From the NCBI GenBank assembly GCA_025340205.1, contig CP006868.1, positions 240,001-272,000 on the forward strand: DNA of 32,000 nt, in the 5' to 3' direction. The notes under the pieces were generated by a model. That model was given only the letters and a program-made list of their open reading frames with translations, was not told the origin of the DNA and did no database searches. Below, piece after piece: positions 1 to 8,114 of the stretch (positions are counted from its first letter, which is position 1; every line of letters begins with the position of its first letter). The stretch comes from Ignicoccus pacificus DSM 13166 (GTDB lineage Archaea; Thermoproteota; Thermoprotei_A; Sulfolobales; Ignicoccaceae). Made by a program: the position numbers and the translations under genes.

Positions 1-1
1 T

Positions 2-247
2 ATGGCGCTGGCGCTAGCCCACTGGGGACTGGTGTTCGCGTTCCAGATAATCGGAGAGCTGGGAGGACCAGTAATGCTGGTAATACTGTACTTCCTAGCG
101 AACATACTGGTCATAATGCTAGAGGGTCTGGTGAGCTTCATCCACGACATAAGGTTGCACTTCTACGAGTGGTTCACCAAGTTCTACGTGGACAGAGGAA
201 GGATGTTCGAGCCCGCCAGACAGATAGTGAGGGTCAGGATAGAGTAA
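2..247 (+). CDS. atpI: A/V-type ATP synthase subunit I (membrane a-subunit), C-terminal fragment. The gene starts upstream of the window.
   Basis: The ORF is open to the window edge. It starts in the ..ALALAH.. helix and ends with the HDIRLHFYEWFTKFY..G..F.P tail typical of subunit I/a. A T5 run follows the stop. Confidence 0.7.
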   Translation: MALALAHWGLVFAFQIIGELGGPVMLVILYFLANILVIMLEGLVSFIHDIRLHFYEWFTKFYVDRGRMFEPARQIVRVRIE

Positions 248-249
248 CC

Positions 250-254
250 TTTTT
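250..254 (+). terminator. Oligo-T tract after the atpI stop (TAACCTTTTTGATCA)
   Basis: A T5 run lies 3 nt after the stop. Archaeal termination commonly uses oligo-T. A nearly identical TAACTTTTTGATCA follows the repeat-protein gene at 6943-6956. Confidence 0.35.
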
Positions 255-318
255 GATCAAGGTTAATCCTCCCACTTTTTAGGAACGTAGGTTCCTATCC
301 TAGATCGGCATGATTTAG

Positions 319-2535
319 ATGAGGGATCCAGCGCTCCTAGCGTCGCTGGCGTTGCTCTTCGACGAAAGGCTCTTCGATATCTTAAACTTACCAAAGGTAA
401 CTTTATATGTTAACAAGAGGAGGAGGCTGAGTCAAGAGGAGTTTCAAGAGTTTAGAGAGCTAATCAAGGAACTCGGCGCGTCGTGGGACCCCGGAAGGAG
501 GTCTTGGAAGCTAATCCCTTCGTTCAGGATACAAGAGGCCCAAAGGGTTGAGGAGATAATCGAGAAGCTCAAGGACTTGGCAGAATTTGTCGTAGAGGTG
601 AACGGAAAGGAGGAAAAGGTCTACCTAGATGGGGACTCCATAGTCTCAGCTCTCATGTTCGCAAACGAGGAACTGGAGAGGAAGGCCAAGGAGTTGAAGG
701 GAAGGATCTGCTTTAGACTCATGAGACTTGGAGCCGAAAAGTTCAAGGAATTGTTAAAGTACGCCACTTACGACAAGCTTACTAAGAGCTTCTGCCTAGA
801 CGTAAGGACTCCCGTTCCGAGGGAGCTAGTTGAAACAATGTTCTACTCCGCCGCGGACACCAACGCGATACTAGCTGCCTTCGCCCTCCTCGAATCCGCT
901 CAAGAAGGAAGCGTTATCTTTGAAGGGAATACTGTACTCATAAAGATGGATCCTCAAAAGCTGAAACTCTTCGCCTTTAGGGCCGAGAGCTACGAGGAGT
1001 GCGACCTCCGTTCACCGGAAATAGAGAAGGAGAGGAGAGAGAACGCCCTCAGCTACTGCGAGTACAAGTGGGTGAACGAAGGAGGGGAGCTCCAGCTGGT
1101 AGGAGTTCCTAGGAGGCTCTACGAGCTCGGGGACGAGTGGGTAAGGGTATACAGAGGGTTGTACAAGAGGGCGCTAAGGCTTATAGATGAAGAGCCTAAG
1201 GTTTTGTTCAACGACAAGATGCCCGAGGAGACCTCTCAAGACTTCTTGAGAGACTATCAGAGGGAGGCGGTGAACTCAGCCTTAAAGCTCTTGAGAATAC
1301 AAGGTGCTGCGACGATTCAAGCTGCCACGGGAGCCGGAAAGACCGAGATGGCGGTCGCTCTAGTGAAGGATCTAATGGATAAAGGTATAATTAAGAAAGT
1401 ATTCTTTCTGAGTCTTAACAGGACGCTCAACATTCAAGCTGCTGAGAGGTTTAGGAAATACGGGATAGAGGCTGGATTGGTGGACTCGGAGAACTTCCAG
1501 ATAGACAAGCCGGTCGTCGCTTGCACCGTCCAGACGCTCTACAAGTCATTGGAGAAGTTGGGTAAAGCCAGAAAGGTAGAGTCCGAAAAGGTAGAGGACG
1601 TACTCATTGAGGGTTTTGACTTAGGCCTCGAGAAATCGAAGAAACTCGTAAACGAGTACTTGAGAGCTGACATGATAGTAGTAGACGAGGTTCAACACGT
1701 TCCGGCTAGAACAGTGGCTGAGGTAATTCAAGCGAATCCCTTCTCTCTGAGACTTGGTCTCTCCGCAACTCCTTGGAGGGACGACGGAAGGGACGTAATG
1801 ATATACGCTTTGATTGGTGATATAGCTGAGAGGAGGATCTACTCGAGCGAACTGATAGCTAAAGGGTACTTGGTGCCCGTTGAGATCTACATGTGGCAGA
1901 GGAAGCTTGAAGTAGACGAGGAGATGAAGGACTTGTTAAGGGGACTTCAAGGAGCGCAGAAGTATGCTAAGCTGAAGAACTTCGTATTCTATAACGATAA
2001 AAGAAACGAGGAGATAGCTGAAATAGTTAGGGTGGCTCCGAAGCCCGTTCTCGTGTTGACAAAGGAGATAAAGCACGCTAATGAGATATTTAAGAAGATA
2101 AAGGAAAAGGGTATCTCAGCGATGGTCCTGACGGGAAAGGAAAGTTCGGTTCAAAGGGAGACGGCCTTGAGGTTGATCAAAGAGGAGAAGCTAGATGCCC
2201 TAGTGGCTACTACCTTGGCGGACGAGGGATTGGACCTCCCACCTCTCAGAACCCTAGTGCTGGCAGCTGGAGGAAGATCTCAGACTAGGACCCTTCAGAG
2301 AATCGGAAGGGTAACTAGACCCTATCCGGGCAAGAAAGTTGGTATAGTTGTTGATATATGGGATGATGATAGAGAAGTTGGTGGAATATTCTACAGGCAA
2401 GGTCAAACGAGGGCAGAGCTGTACAAGATCGAAAAGCTGTGGAAGGTTAGAAGGGTTAAGGAGTTCAAGGACTTGTTAAGACATCTTGTAAAGCATAACG
2501 TGGCTAACTTGAAGAAGCTCTTGGGCGGCCAATGA
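319..2535 (+). CDS. SF2 DNA helicase, XPB/Rad25-like, with a roughly 300-aa N-terminal extension of unknown function
   Basis: Motifs seen are RDYQ (Q-like), ATGAGKT (Walker A), DEVQH (motif II), LGLSATPWRDDGRD (motif III plus the position of the XPB RED motif, here RDD) and QRIGRVTR (motif VI). The start is ATG. Confidence 0.75.
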   Translation: MRDPALLASLALLFDERLFDILNLPKVTLYVNKRRRLSQEEFQEFRELIKELGASWDPGRRSWKLIPSFRIQEAQRVEEIIEKLKDLAEFVVEVNGKEEKVYLDGDSIVSALMFANEELERKAKELKGRICFRLMRLGAEKFKELLKYATYDKLTKSFCLDVRTPVPRELVETMFYSAADTNAILAAFALLESAQEGSVIFEGNTVLIKMDPQKLKLFAFRAESYEECDLRSPEIEKERRENALSYCEYKWVNEGGELQLVGVPRRLYELGDEWVRVYRGLYKRALRLIDEEPKVLFNDKMPEETSQDFLRDYQREAVNSALKLLRIQGAATIQAATGAGKTEMAVALVKDLMDKGIIKKVFFLSLNRTLNIQAAERFRKYGIEAGLVDSENFQIDKPVVACTVQTLYKSLEKLGKARKVESEKVEDVLIEGFDLGLEKSKKLVNEYLRADMIVVDEVQHVPARTVAEVIQANPFSLRLGLSATPWRDDGRDVMIYALIGDIAERRIYSSELIAKGYLVPVEIYMWQRKLEVDEEMKDLLRGLQGAQKYAKLKNFVFYNDKRNEEIAEIVRVAPKPVLVLTKEIKHANEIFKKIKEKGISAMVLTGKESSVQRETALRLIKEEKLDALVATTLADEGLDLPPLRTLVLAAGGRSQTRTLQRIGRVTRPYPGKKVGIVVDIWDDDREVGGIFYRQGQTRAELYKIEKLWKVRRVKEFKDLLRHLVKHNVANLKKLLGGQ

Positions 2536-2577
2536 AGATTTTATAACAAGCGCTTCCCAAGTCCAGCGGGAGCGATC

Positions 2578-2799
2578 ATGACTGACACGGCCCATAAGGT
2601 CTTGGCGGAATCTTTGGGAAGCATCGTGCTAGTCAAGCTTAAGACTGGAAAGGTCAGGGGTAAGCTAAAGACCTTCGACATGCACCTAAATATAGTGCTG
2701 GAGGAGGCTGAGGAAGTCAGCGACGACAAGACCAGACCTCTAGGGACCATCCTCATAAGAGGAGACAGCGTGGTGTTCGTATCTCCTGTGGAGGTGTGA
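2578..2799 (+). CDS. Sm-like (LSm) archaeal RNA-binding protein
   Basis: The 73-aa product has Sm1/Sm2 motifs ([26 protein letters not shown] ... [13 protein letters not shown]). It sits directly upstream of rpl37e, the classic archaeal Sm-L37e pair. Confidence 0.9.
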   Translation: MTDTAHKVLAESLGSIVLVKLKTGKVRGKLKTFDMHLNIVLEEAEEVSDDKTRPLGTILIRGDSVVFVSPVEV

Positions 2800-2803
2800 G
2801 GCG

Positions 2804-2995
2804 ATGGGGAAGGGTACGCCATCCTTTGGTAAGATGAACAAGAACAAGACGCACATAAGGTGCAGGAGGTGCGGAAGACATTCCTTTAACGTCAGGAAAG
2901 GTTACTGCGTCGCTTGCGGATATGGCAAGTCTAAGCGCATGAGGCGCTACAGCTGGCAGAACAAGAAGTCTTGGGCTAGAGTCCGCCTGAAGTAG
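2804..2995 (+). CDS. rpl37e: 50S ribosomal protein L37e
   Basis: [28 protein letters not shown]...CVACGYG is a zinc ribbon with four Cys, and the product is very basic. It starts 4 nt after the Sm stop. Confidence 0.95.
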   Translation: MGKGTPSFGKMNKNKTHIRCRRCGRHSFNVRKGYCVACGYGKSKRMRRYSWQNKKSWARVRLK

Positions 2996-3001
2996 CCCAC
3001 T

Positions 3002-3006
3002 TTTTC
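3002..3006 (+). terminator. Oligo-T tract after rpl37e
   Basis: A T5 run lies 7 nt after the stop codon (TAGCCCACTTTTTC). Confidence 0.35.
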
Positions 3007-3031
3007 AAGCTCCCCTCAATCCCTATCCTCG

Positions 3032-3688
3032 GTGTCTCAAGTCGTGGACGGAGAGTACAAGCCCCAACCCATTAAGGGTACCACGACTGTTGGCATAAGG
3101 ACTAAGGACGCTGTAATCCTGGCAGCTGACAAGAGGGCCACGGCCGGTAATATGATAGTCCACAAGTCAGTAAAGAAAATAATCAAGGTAAGTGATTACA
3201 TGGCGTTGACTACCGCTGGACTAGTGGCAGACGCCCAAATGCTGGCCGAAGCGCTAAGAAACGAGATAAAGAAGTACGAGCTTCAAATGAGAAAGAGAAT
3301 GCCCGTGAAGAGCGCCGCTATGTTCCTCTCTAACGTACTCTTCGGTGCAGCTAGGGTGTATCCCTACATAGTTCAGTTCCTTCTCGGAGGTTACGATACC
3401 GCCCCCAGGCTCTACAGCTTGGATTGGTTTGGAACAGTTGCCGAGGAGACCTTCTTAGTTACTGGATCCGGATCTCCTATGGCCGTAGGCGTGCTGGAGG
3501 CGGAGTACAGCGAAGACATGAGCGTGGAGGACGCTGTAAAGCTGGCCCTAAAGGCGGTCTATGCCGCCACTAGAAGGGATACGGCCTCTGGCGAAGGAAT
3601 AGATGTAGCGATAATAACCAAGGATGGAATTAGAATGGAGAGGCATAGTCTAGATGAAGTAAAAGGAATGACTATCAAGATAGCCTAA
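3032..3688 (+). CDS. psmB: Proteasome subunit beta (Ntn hydrolase with propeptide)
   Basis: The start is GTG. The propeptide ends ..PIKG, followed by the catalytic TTTVGIRTKDAVILAADKRAT. GSGS and other 20S beta signatures are present. Confidence 0.93.
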   Translation: MSQVVDGEYKPQPIKGTTTVGIRTKDAVILAADKRATAGNMIVHKSVKKIIKVSDYMALTTAGLVADAQMLAEALRNEIKKYELQMRKRMPVKSAAMFLSNVLFGAARVYPYIVQFLLGGYDTAPRLYSLDWFGTVAEETFLVTGSGSPMAVGVLEAEYSEDMSVEDAVKLALKAVYAATRRDTASGEGIDVAIITKDGIRMERHSLDEVKGMTIKIA

Positions 3689-3708
3689 TTTTTGTTAGGT
3701 AATCATAC

Positions 3709-3722
3709 AAAATTATATATTT
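3709..3722 (+). promoter_or_regulatory. TATA-like box (AAAATTATATATTT) upstream of the repeat-protein locus
   Basis: This is an AT-rich box in the intergenic region. It ends 14 nt before the ATG at 3737 and 76 nt before the TTG at 3799. Confidence 0.3.
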
Positions 3723-3798
3723 GCTGAGATCTCCTCATGGGTGACTTCGAGCACGAGGAAATAAAGGGCGCGCCCAGTGAACCTCCCGGGTAAACGAA

Positions 3799-6700
3799 TT
3801 GAGGAAGCAAGTGGTAATGCTTCTCCTATTTACCACTAGCATAATACTGGCCGCCTCTCCTTCGATGATCGTACCGACCAGCATCAACTGTGTGATTAGT
3901 CAGAACTATCCTAAGCCATCCATAGTGGTGCCCTTAATAATTACAAATGCCCCGACGTACACGGTCAAGATAGAGGCATGCGGACTGATTCAGCCTCTGA
4001 AGTATTACATACCCATGAAAGCTGTCATGACTACCATAAACGTTCCAATACCCTTGAAAGCGCTGAACTATACCTTCCCGTGCAACAGCATAACCGTGGA
4101 GCTCTACAACCCTGCCGGAAAGCTAATGCTGAAGAAGACCATAGCACTTATGGTTAACGTTGACAAAACCTCAAACACTCCTTACGAGTACTGTAGTGCC
4201 GAGAGCGAGTACACTAGCATAAACATAAAGTATGATAACCTAAACCTCGACGCGCTTCTCCAAGCGATATATTCGCAGCAGAGCGAGAGCGTTAATGTAA
4301 TAATAAAGGCATTGAAGGCCAACTCCACTTTCAACGTGGACTCCGAGGGAGCGATGTTCCTATCTATAACTCCCCAAGAATTGGGAAGCGTCATAGGACC
4401 CACTGCGATAATACTCCATAACATCAACAAGACACAGAGGATAACGATAAACTTCGTTCCTACCAGAACCTATGTAAAGATAGACGTTCTAGGGAGGGAC
4501 GCTTCCGCTGCCGTTTTGCAATTAAACGTGAGCGGAACCGATCCGGATCACGACGGTCTAAACAGCTACAAGGAGTTGATGATCTACCACACCAACCCGC
4601 TGAGCAACGACACCGATGGAGATGGATTAAGCGACTACCAAGAAATAGTGAAGTATCACACCAATCCTCTGAAGAAGGACACCGACGATGATGGACTAAC
4701 TGACTATCAGGAAGTAATGATCTACCACACCAACCCTCTCAAGAAAGATACTGACGGAGATGGTTTAACTGACGGTCAAGAAGTGCTAACTTATCACACC
4801 AACCCTCTAAAGGTAGATACTGATGGAGATGGACTTACCGATTACCAAGAAGTAATGATCTACCACACCAATCCGCTAAAGAAGGACAGTGACGGGGATG
4901 GACTTACTGATGGCCAGGAGGTACTGAAGTACCACACCAACCCACTGCTGGCCGATACTGACGGAGATGGACTCAGCGATGGCCAAGAGGTGCTAAAGTA
5001 TCACACCAACCCTCTAAAGGTAGATACTGATGGAGATGGACTTACCGATTATCAAGAGGTCAAGATCTACCACACCAACCCCTTGAAGGTAGATACCGAT
5101 AACGACAGTCTAACCGACTTCCAGGAGGTAAAGATATACCACACCAATCCTCTATGTAACGACACTGACCACGATGGCTTGACCGACGGTCAAGAAGTAC
5201 TCAAGTATCACACCAACCCACTTAATCCTGACACCGATGGCGACGGCTTGACCGACGGTCAAGAGGTCCTAGTCTACCACACTAACCCCTTGAAGAAGGA
5301 TACTGATGGAGACGGACTAACTGACTATCAGGAAGTAATGATCTACCACACCAGCCCCGTCCTAGCTGACAGCGACTTCGACAAGCTCACCGACTACCAA
5401 GAAGTAATGATCTACCATACCAACCCATTAAGTAACGATACCGACCACGATGGTTTAACTGACTACCAAGAGGTCAAGATCTACCATACTAACCCTCTAT
5501 GTAACGACACTGACCACGATGGCTTGAGTGATTACCAAGAAGTAATGATCTATCACACCAATCCCTTGAAGAAGGACACAGACGGAGATGGACTTACCGA
5601 CTACCAAGAGGTCAAGATCTACCATACCAATCCTCTCAAGAAGGATACTGACGGAGACGGACTCACCGATTACCAAGAAGTCGTGATATACGGCACCAAC
5701 CCGCGTAAGGCCGATACTGATGGTGATAAGCTAAATGACAGACTAGAAGTAATGGTACTAGGTACCAACCCACTAAAGAAGGACACCGACGGTGACGGCT
5801 TAACTGACTATCAAGAAGTGGTAGTCTACCACACTAACCCCTTGAAGAAGGATACTGATGGAGACGGACTAACTGACTACGAGGAGGTAATGAAGTATCA
5901 CACCAACCCATTGGTAAAGGACACAGACCACGACGGCCTAACCGATTATCAAGAAGTAAAGGTATACCATACCAATCCTCTAGTCAAGGACACTGATGCT
6001 GACAATTTAACTGACTACCAAGAGGTCAAGATCTATCACACCAATCCTCTCAAGAAAGACACGGATGGCGATGGACTTACCGACTACCAAGAGGTGAAGA
6101 TCTATCATACCAACCCACTGAAGAAGGACAGCGACGGCGATGGCCTAACTGACTATCAAGAGGTGAAGGTATATCACACTAACCCATGGAAGCCTGACAC
6201 CGACGGAGACGGTCTAACTGACTACCAAGAGGTCAAGATATACGGAACCAATCCTCTCAAGAAGGATACTGATGGCGATGGACTAACTGACTACCAAGAA
6301 GTAAAGGTATACCATACCAATCCTCTAGTCAAGGACACTGATGCTGACAATTTAACTGACTACCAAGAGGTCAAGATCTATCACACCAACCCGCTTAACC
6401 CAGACACCGATGGAGACGGGGTGATCGATTCTCTGGACGCCGCTCCGCTAGGAAACTTACAGATAAGGTTGACCGTCAACTTAGAACAGATATTCAACAT
6501 ACCGCCGAACTTGCTGGACAAGCTGTTCGTGAAGATCGGAGTACCCAACAACTTGGTAGTAGTACCGATTAAGCACACGGTGTTCTATACATTCGACGTT
6601 GACGATCAGCAGCCCTACGCAGTCTTCGTGGTGAGCTTGGAGATACACCAAGCCAACGGAGTGGACGTGGTCGACATCAACCCGCAGATGGGCGTGAGGA

Positions 6701-6945
6701 CCTTAACCTTCATAGTGAGGCCCGTTATGGAGCATAACAAGGCTGTAAAGCTAGAGGTATTCCTAAAGCAGCCCAACGCGCTCAAGAAGCTAGCCGAGGT
6801 CAAGCTGCCGGTTCTGAGGAAGAGCGGAAGCGTCATACCGATAGAGCTCAGCCAGTCGCTGTACAGCGGAAACGTCGCTCCGAGAGAGCCCGGCGCCTAC
6901 GTGGCCTCCGTAGGAATATCGATGAGCATGGTAATTACCAAGTAA
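3799..6945 (+). CDS. Large secreted or surface protein with 27 tandem thrombospondin type-3-like calcium-binding repeats
   Basis: A TTG start gives a signal-peptide-like N-terminus, MRKQVVMLLLFTTSIILAASPS. A roughly 245-aa N-domain precedes 27 units of 23 aa (consensus DTDGDGLTDYQEVxIYHTNPLKK) and a roughly 180-aa C-domain. The DxDxDGxxDxxE motif is the TSP3 Ca-binding loop. Confidence 0.85.
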   Translation: MRKQVVMLLLFTTSIILAASPSMIVPTSINCVISQNYPKPSIVVPLIITNAPTYTVKIEACGLIQPLKYYIPMKAVMTTINVPIPLKALNYTFPCNSITVELYNPAGKLMLKKTIALMVNVDKTSNTPYEYCSAESEYTSINIKYDNLNLDALLQAIYSQQSESVNVIIKALKANSTFNVDSEGAMFLSITPQELGSVIGPTAIILHNINKTQRITINFVPTRTYVKIDVLGRDASAAVLQLNVSGTDPDHDGLNSYKELMIYHTNPLSNDTDGDGLSDYQEIVKYHTNPLKKDTDDDGLTDYQEVMIYHTNPLKKDTDGDGLTDGQEVLTYHTNPLKVDTDGDGLTDYQEVMIYHTNPLKKDSDGDGLTDGQEVLKYHTNPLLADTDGDGLSDGQEVLKYHTNPLKVDTDGDGLTDYQEVKIYHTNPLKVDTDNDSLTDFQEVKIYHTNPLCNDTDHDGLTDGQEVLKYHTNPLNPDTDGDGLTDGQEVLVYHTNPLKKDTDGDGLTDYQEVMIYHTSPVLADSDFDKLTDYQEVMIYHTNPLSNDTDHDGLTDYQEVKIYHTNPLCNDTDHDGLSDYQEVMIYHTNPLKKDTDGDGLTDYQEVKIYHTNPLKKDTDGDGLTDYQEVVIYGTNPRKADTDGDKLNDRLEVMVLGTNPLKKDTDGDGLTDYQEVVVYHTNPLKKDTDGDGLTDYEEVMKYHTNPLVKDTDHDGLTDYQEVKVYHTNPLVKDTDADNLTDYQEVKIYHTNPLKKDTDGDGLTDYQEVKIYHTNPLKKDSDGDGLTDYQEVKVYHTNPWKPDTDGDGLTDYQEVKIYGTNPLKKDTDGDGLTDYQEVKVYHTNPLVKDTDADNLTDYQEVKIYHTNPLNPDTDGDGVIDSLDAAPLGNLQIRLTVNLEQIFNIPPNLLDKLFVKIGVPNNLVVVPIKHTVFYTFDVDDQQPYAVFVVSLEIHQANGVDVVDINPQMGVRTLTFIVRPVMEHNKAVKLEVFLKQPNALKKLAEVKLPVLRKSGSVIPIELSQSLYSGNVAPREPGAYVASVGISMSMVITK
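4540..6402 (+). repeat. In-frame tandem array of 27 units of 69 nt, followed by a partial 28th unit at 6403-6447
   Basis: I counted the units directly. Unit 1 starts at GAT CCG GAT CAC (4540) and unit 27 ends at 6402. The array is exactly 27 x 69 = 1863 nt. Confidence 0.95.
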
Positions 6946-6946
6946 C

Positions 6947-6951
6947 TTTTT
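6947..6951 (+). terminator. Oligo-T tract after the repeat-protein gene
   Basis: In TAACTTTTTGATCA the T5 run begins 1 nt after the stop. Confidence 0.35.
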
Positions 6952-7046
6952 GATCACAAGCTAACGATCCTTTTACCTCTCCTTCACCCCTGAAATTTAA
7001 AGTTTCAAAAACGTTCCTTTATCGATTTCATAACAAGGTCCTCGCA

Positions 7047-7059
7047 TTTAGAATAATAA
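7047..7059 (+). promoter_or_regulatory. TATA-like box (TTTAGAATAATAA) for the dehydrogenase gene
   Basis: It ends 32 nt upstream of the ATG at 7092, which fits a near-leaderless archaeal transcript. Confidence 0.3.
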
Positions 7060-7091
7060 CCTTCGTGTACCCTAACCTCCGGTCGATACAC

Positions 7092-8114
7092 ATGGTGAAG
7101 GTAGCGGTCATAGAGGGAGATGGCATAGGACCTGAGGTAGTAAAGGCGACCCTTCAAGTGTTGGAAGAGCTGAAGAAGAGGTACTCTCTACCTTTAGAGT
7201 TTACCTTCGTTGAGGCCGGGGACAGAGCAAAGGAGAAGTACGGCGACCCCCTTCCCAAGGAGAGCTACCAGAAGATCTTGGAGAGCGATGCCATCCTGAA
7301 GGGACCCGTCGGAGAGACGGCGGCGGACGTGATCGTAAGACTCAGGAGGGAGCTGGACCTATACTCTAACATAAGGCCCGCCAAGACCCTTCCCGGAGTT
7401 CCGGCTCTCAAGGAGGACATAGACATAGTAATAGTTAGAGAGAACATAGAGGATCTCTACATAGGAGCTGAGTACATCCTTCCGCCCACCTCCGTTGGTC
7501 AGAGGGTCGCTATAGGAACCAGGCTCACCAGCGAGAGGGAGACCAGAAGGATAGCGAAGGTAGCTGCCGAGTATGCAAAGATGAGGAAGAACAAGGTAAC
7601 TATAATTCATAAGGCAAACGTAATGAGAGTGACTTGTGGTCTATTTAGAGAAGTAGCTAGGGAGGTCCTCGAGAAGGAAGGGGTGGAGGTAGATGAGATG
7701 TACGTCGACGCTGCCGCCATGGAGTTGGTAAGGAATCCCCACCGCTTCGACGTAATGTTGACCCCCAACGTCTTCGGCGACATACTGTCTGACCTAGCTG
7801 CTCAAGTTGTGGGAAGCCTAGGCTTGGCCCCTTCCGCAAACGTGGGAGATGAGAGAGCCCTCTTCGAGCCTGTTCACGGAGCGGCCTTCGACATCGCCGG
7901 TAAGGGAATAGCCAACCCTATCGCCACCATGCTAGCTAGCGCCATGATGCTGGAGTGGCTTGAGATGAAGAAGGGAATGGAGAATGGAAGGAAGGCGGCG
8001 GAAGATCTGAGGAAGGCTATAGAGAAGGCATTAACTGATGGAAAGAAGACCAAGGACTTGGGAGGGGAGCTTGGAACCTTCGAGTTCACGGAAGAGGTAA
8101 TCAAAAGGCTCTAA
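7092..8114 (+). CDS. Isocitrate/isopropylmalate dehydrogenase family enzyme (3-isopropylmalate or homoisocitrate dehydrogenase type)
   Basis: MVKVAVIEGDGIGPEV, RENIEDLY, NVFGDILSDL and HGAAFDIAGKGIANP are motifs of beta-decarboxylating dehydrogenases. I prefer the ATG at 7092 to the GTG at 7065 given in the ORF track. Confidence 0.85.
   Translation: MVKVAVIEGDGIGPEVVKATLQVLEELKKRYSLPLEFTFVEAGDRAKEKYGDPLPKESYQKILESDAILKGPVGETAADVIVRLRRELDLYSNIRPAKTLPGVPALKEDIDIVIVRENIEDLYIGAEYILPPTSVGQRVAIGTRLTSERETRRIAKVAAEYAKMRKNKVTIIHKANVMRVTCGLFREVAREVLEKEGVEVDEMYVDAAAMELVRNPHRFDVMLTPNVFGDILSDLAAQVVGSLGLAPSANVGDERALFEPVHGAAFDIAGKGIANPIATMLASAMMLEWLEMKKGMENGRKAAEDLRKAIEKALTDGKKTKDLGGELGTFEFTEEVIKRL

Noticed and set aside
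2541-2822. A 93-aa minus-strand ORF antisense to the Sm gene. Many similar antisense or alternate-frame ORFs appear in the track (for example 4182-4430, 6381-6578, 6615-6836, 7265-7447, 7359-7610, 7657-7839, 7874-8104, 9034-9371, 10455-10777, 11494-11880, 11841-12197, 12136-12420, 12540-12830, 13470-13697, 13801-14085, 14072-14377, 14702-14887, 15083-15298, 16186-16714, 17173-17454, 18362-18845, 18971-19237, 19309-19503, 19780-20148, 20715-20939, 21613-21825, 23287-23580, 27254-27499, 28316-28624, 28389-28583, 28715-29104, 29185-29421, 29850-30098, 30198-30464, 30782-31051, 31288-31929).
   Set aside because: Each lies inside, or largely overlaps, a gene with strong family motifs on the other strand or frame. 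They have Ser/Pro/Arg/Leu-rich shadow-ORF composition and no recognisable motifs.
4540-6447. Whether the regular 69-nt periodic repeat could be a CRISPR array or a satellite
   Set aside because: The period is an exact multiple of 3 inside one long ORF with a coherent protein motif. There is no repeat/unique-spacer alternation and no cas genes.
7065-7091. The GTG start at 7065 for the dehydrogenase, as given in the ORF track
   Set aside because: Family members start right at M-K/V-I-A-V-I-x-GDGIGPEV. The ATG at 7092 gives that N-terminus and sits about 32 nt after a TATA-like box. The upstream 9 codons are probably untranslated.
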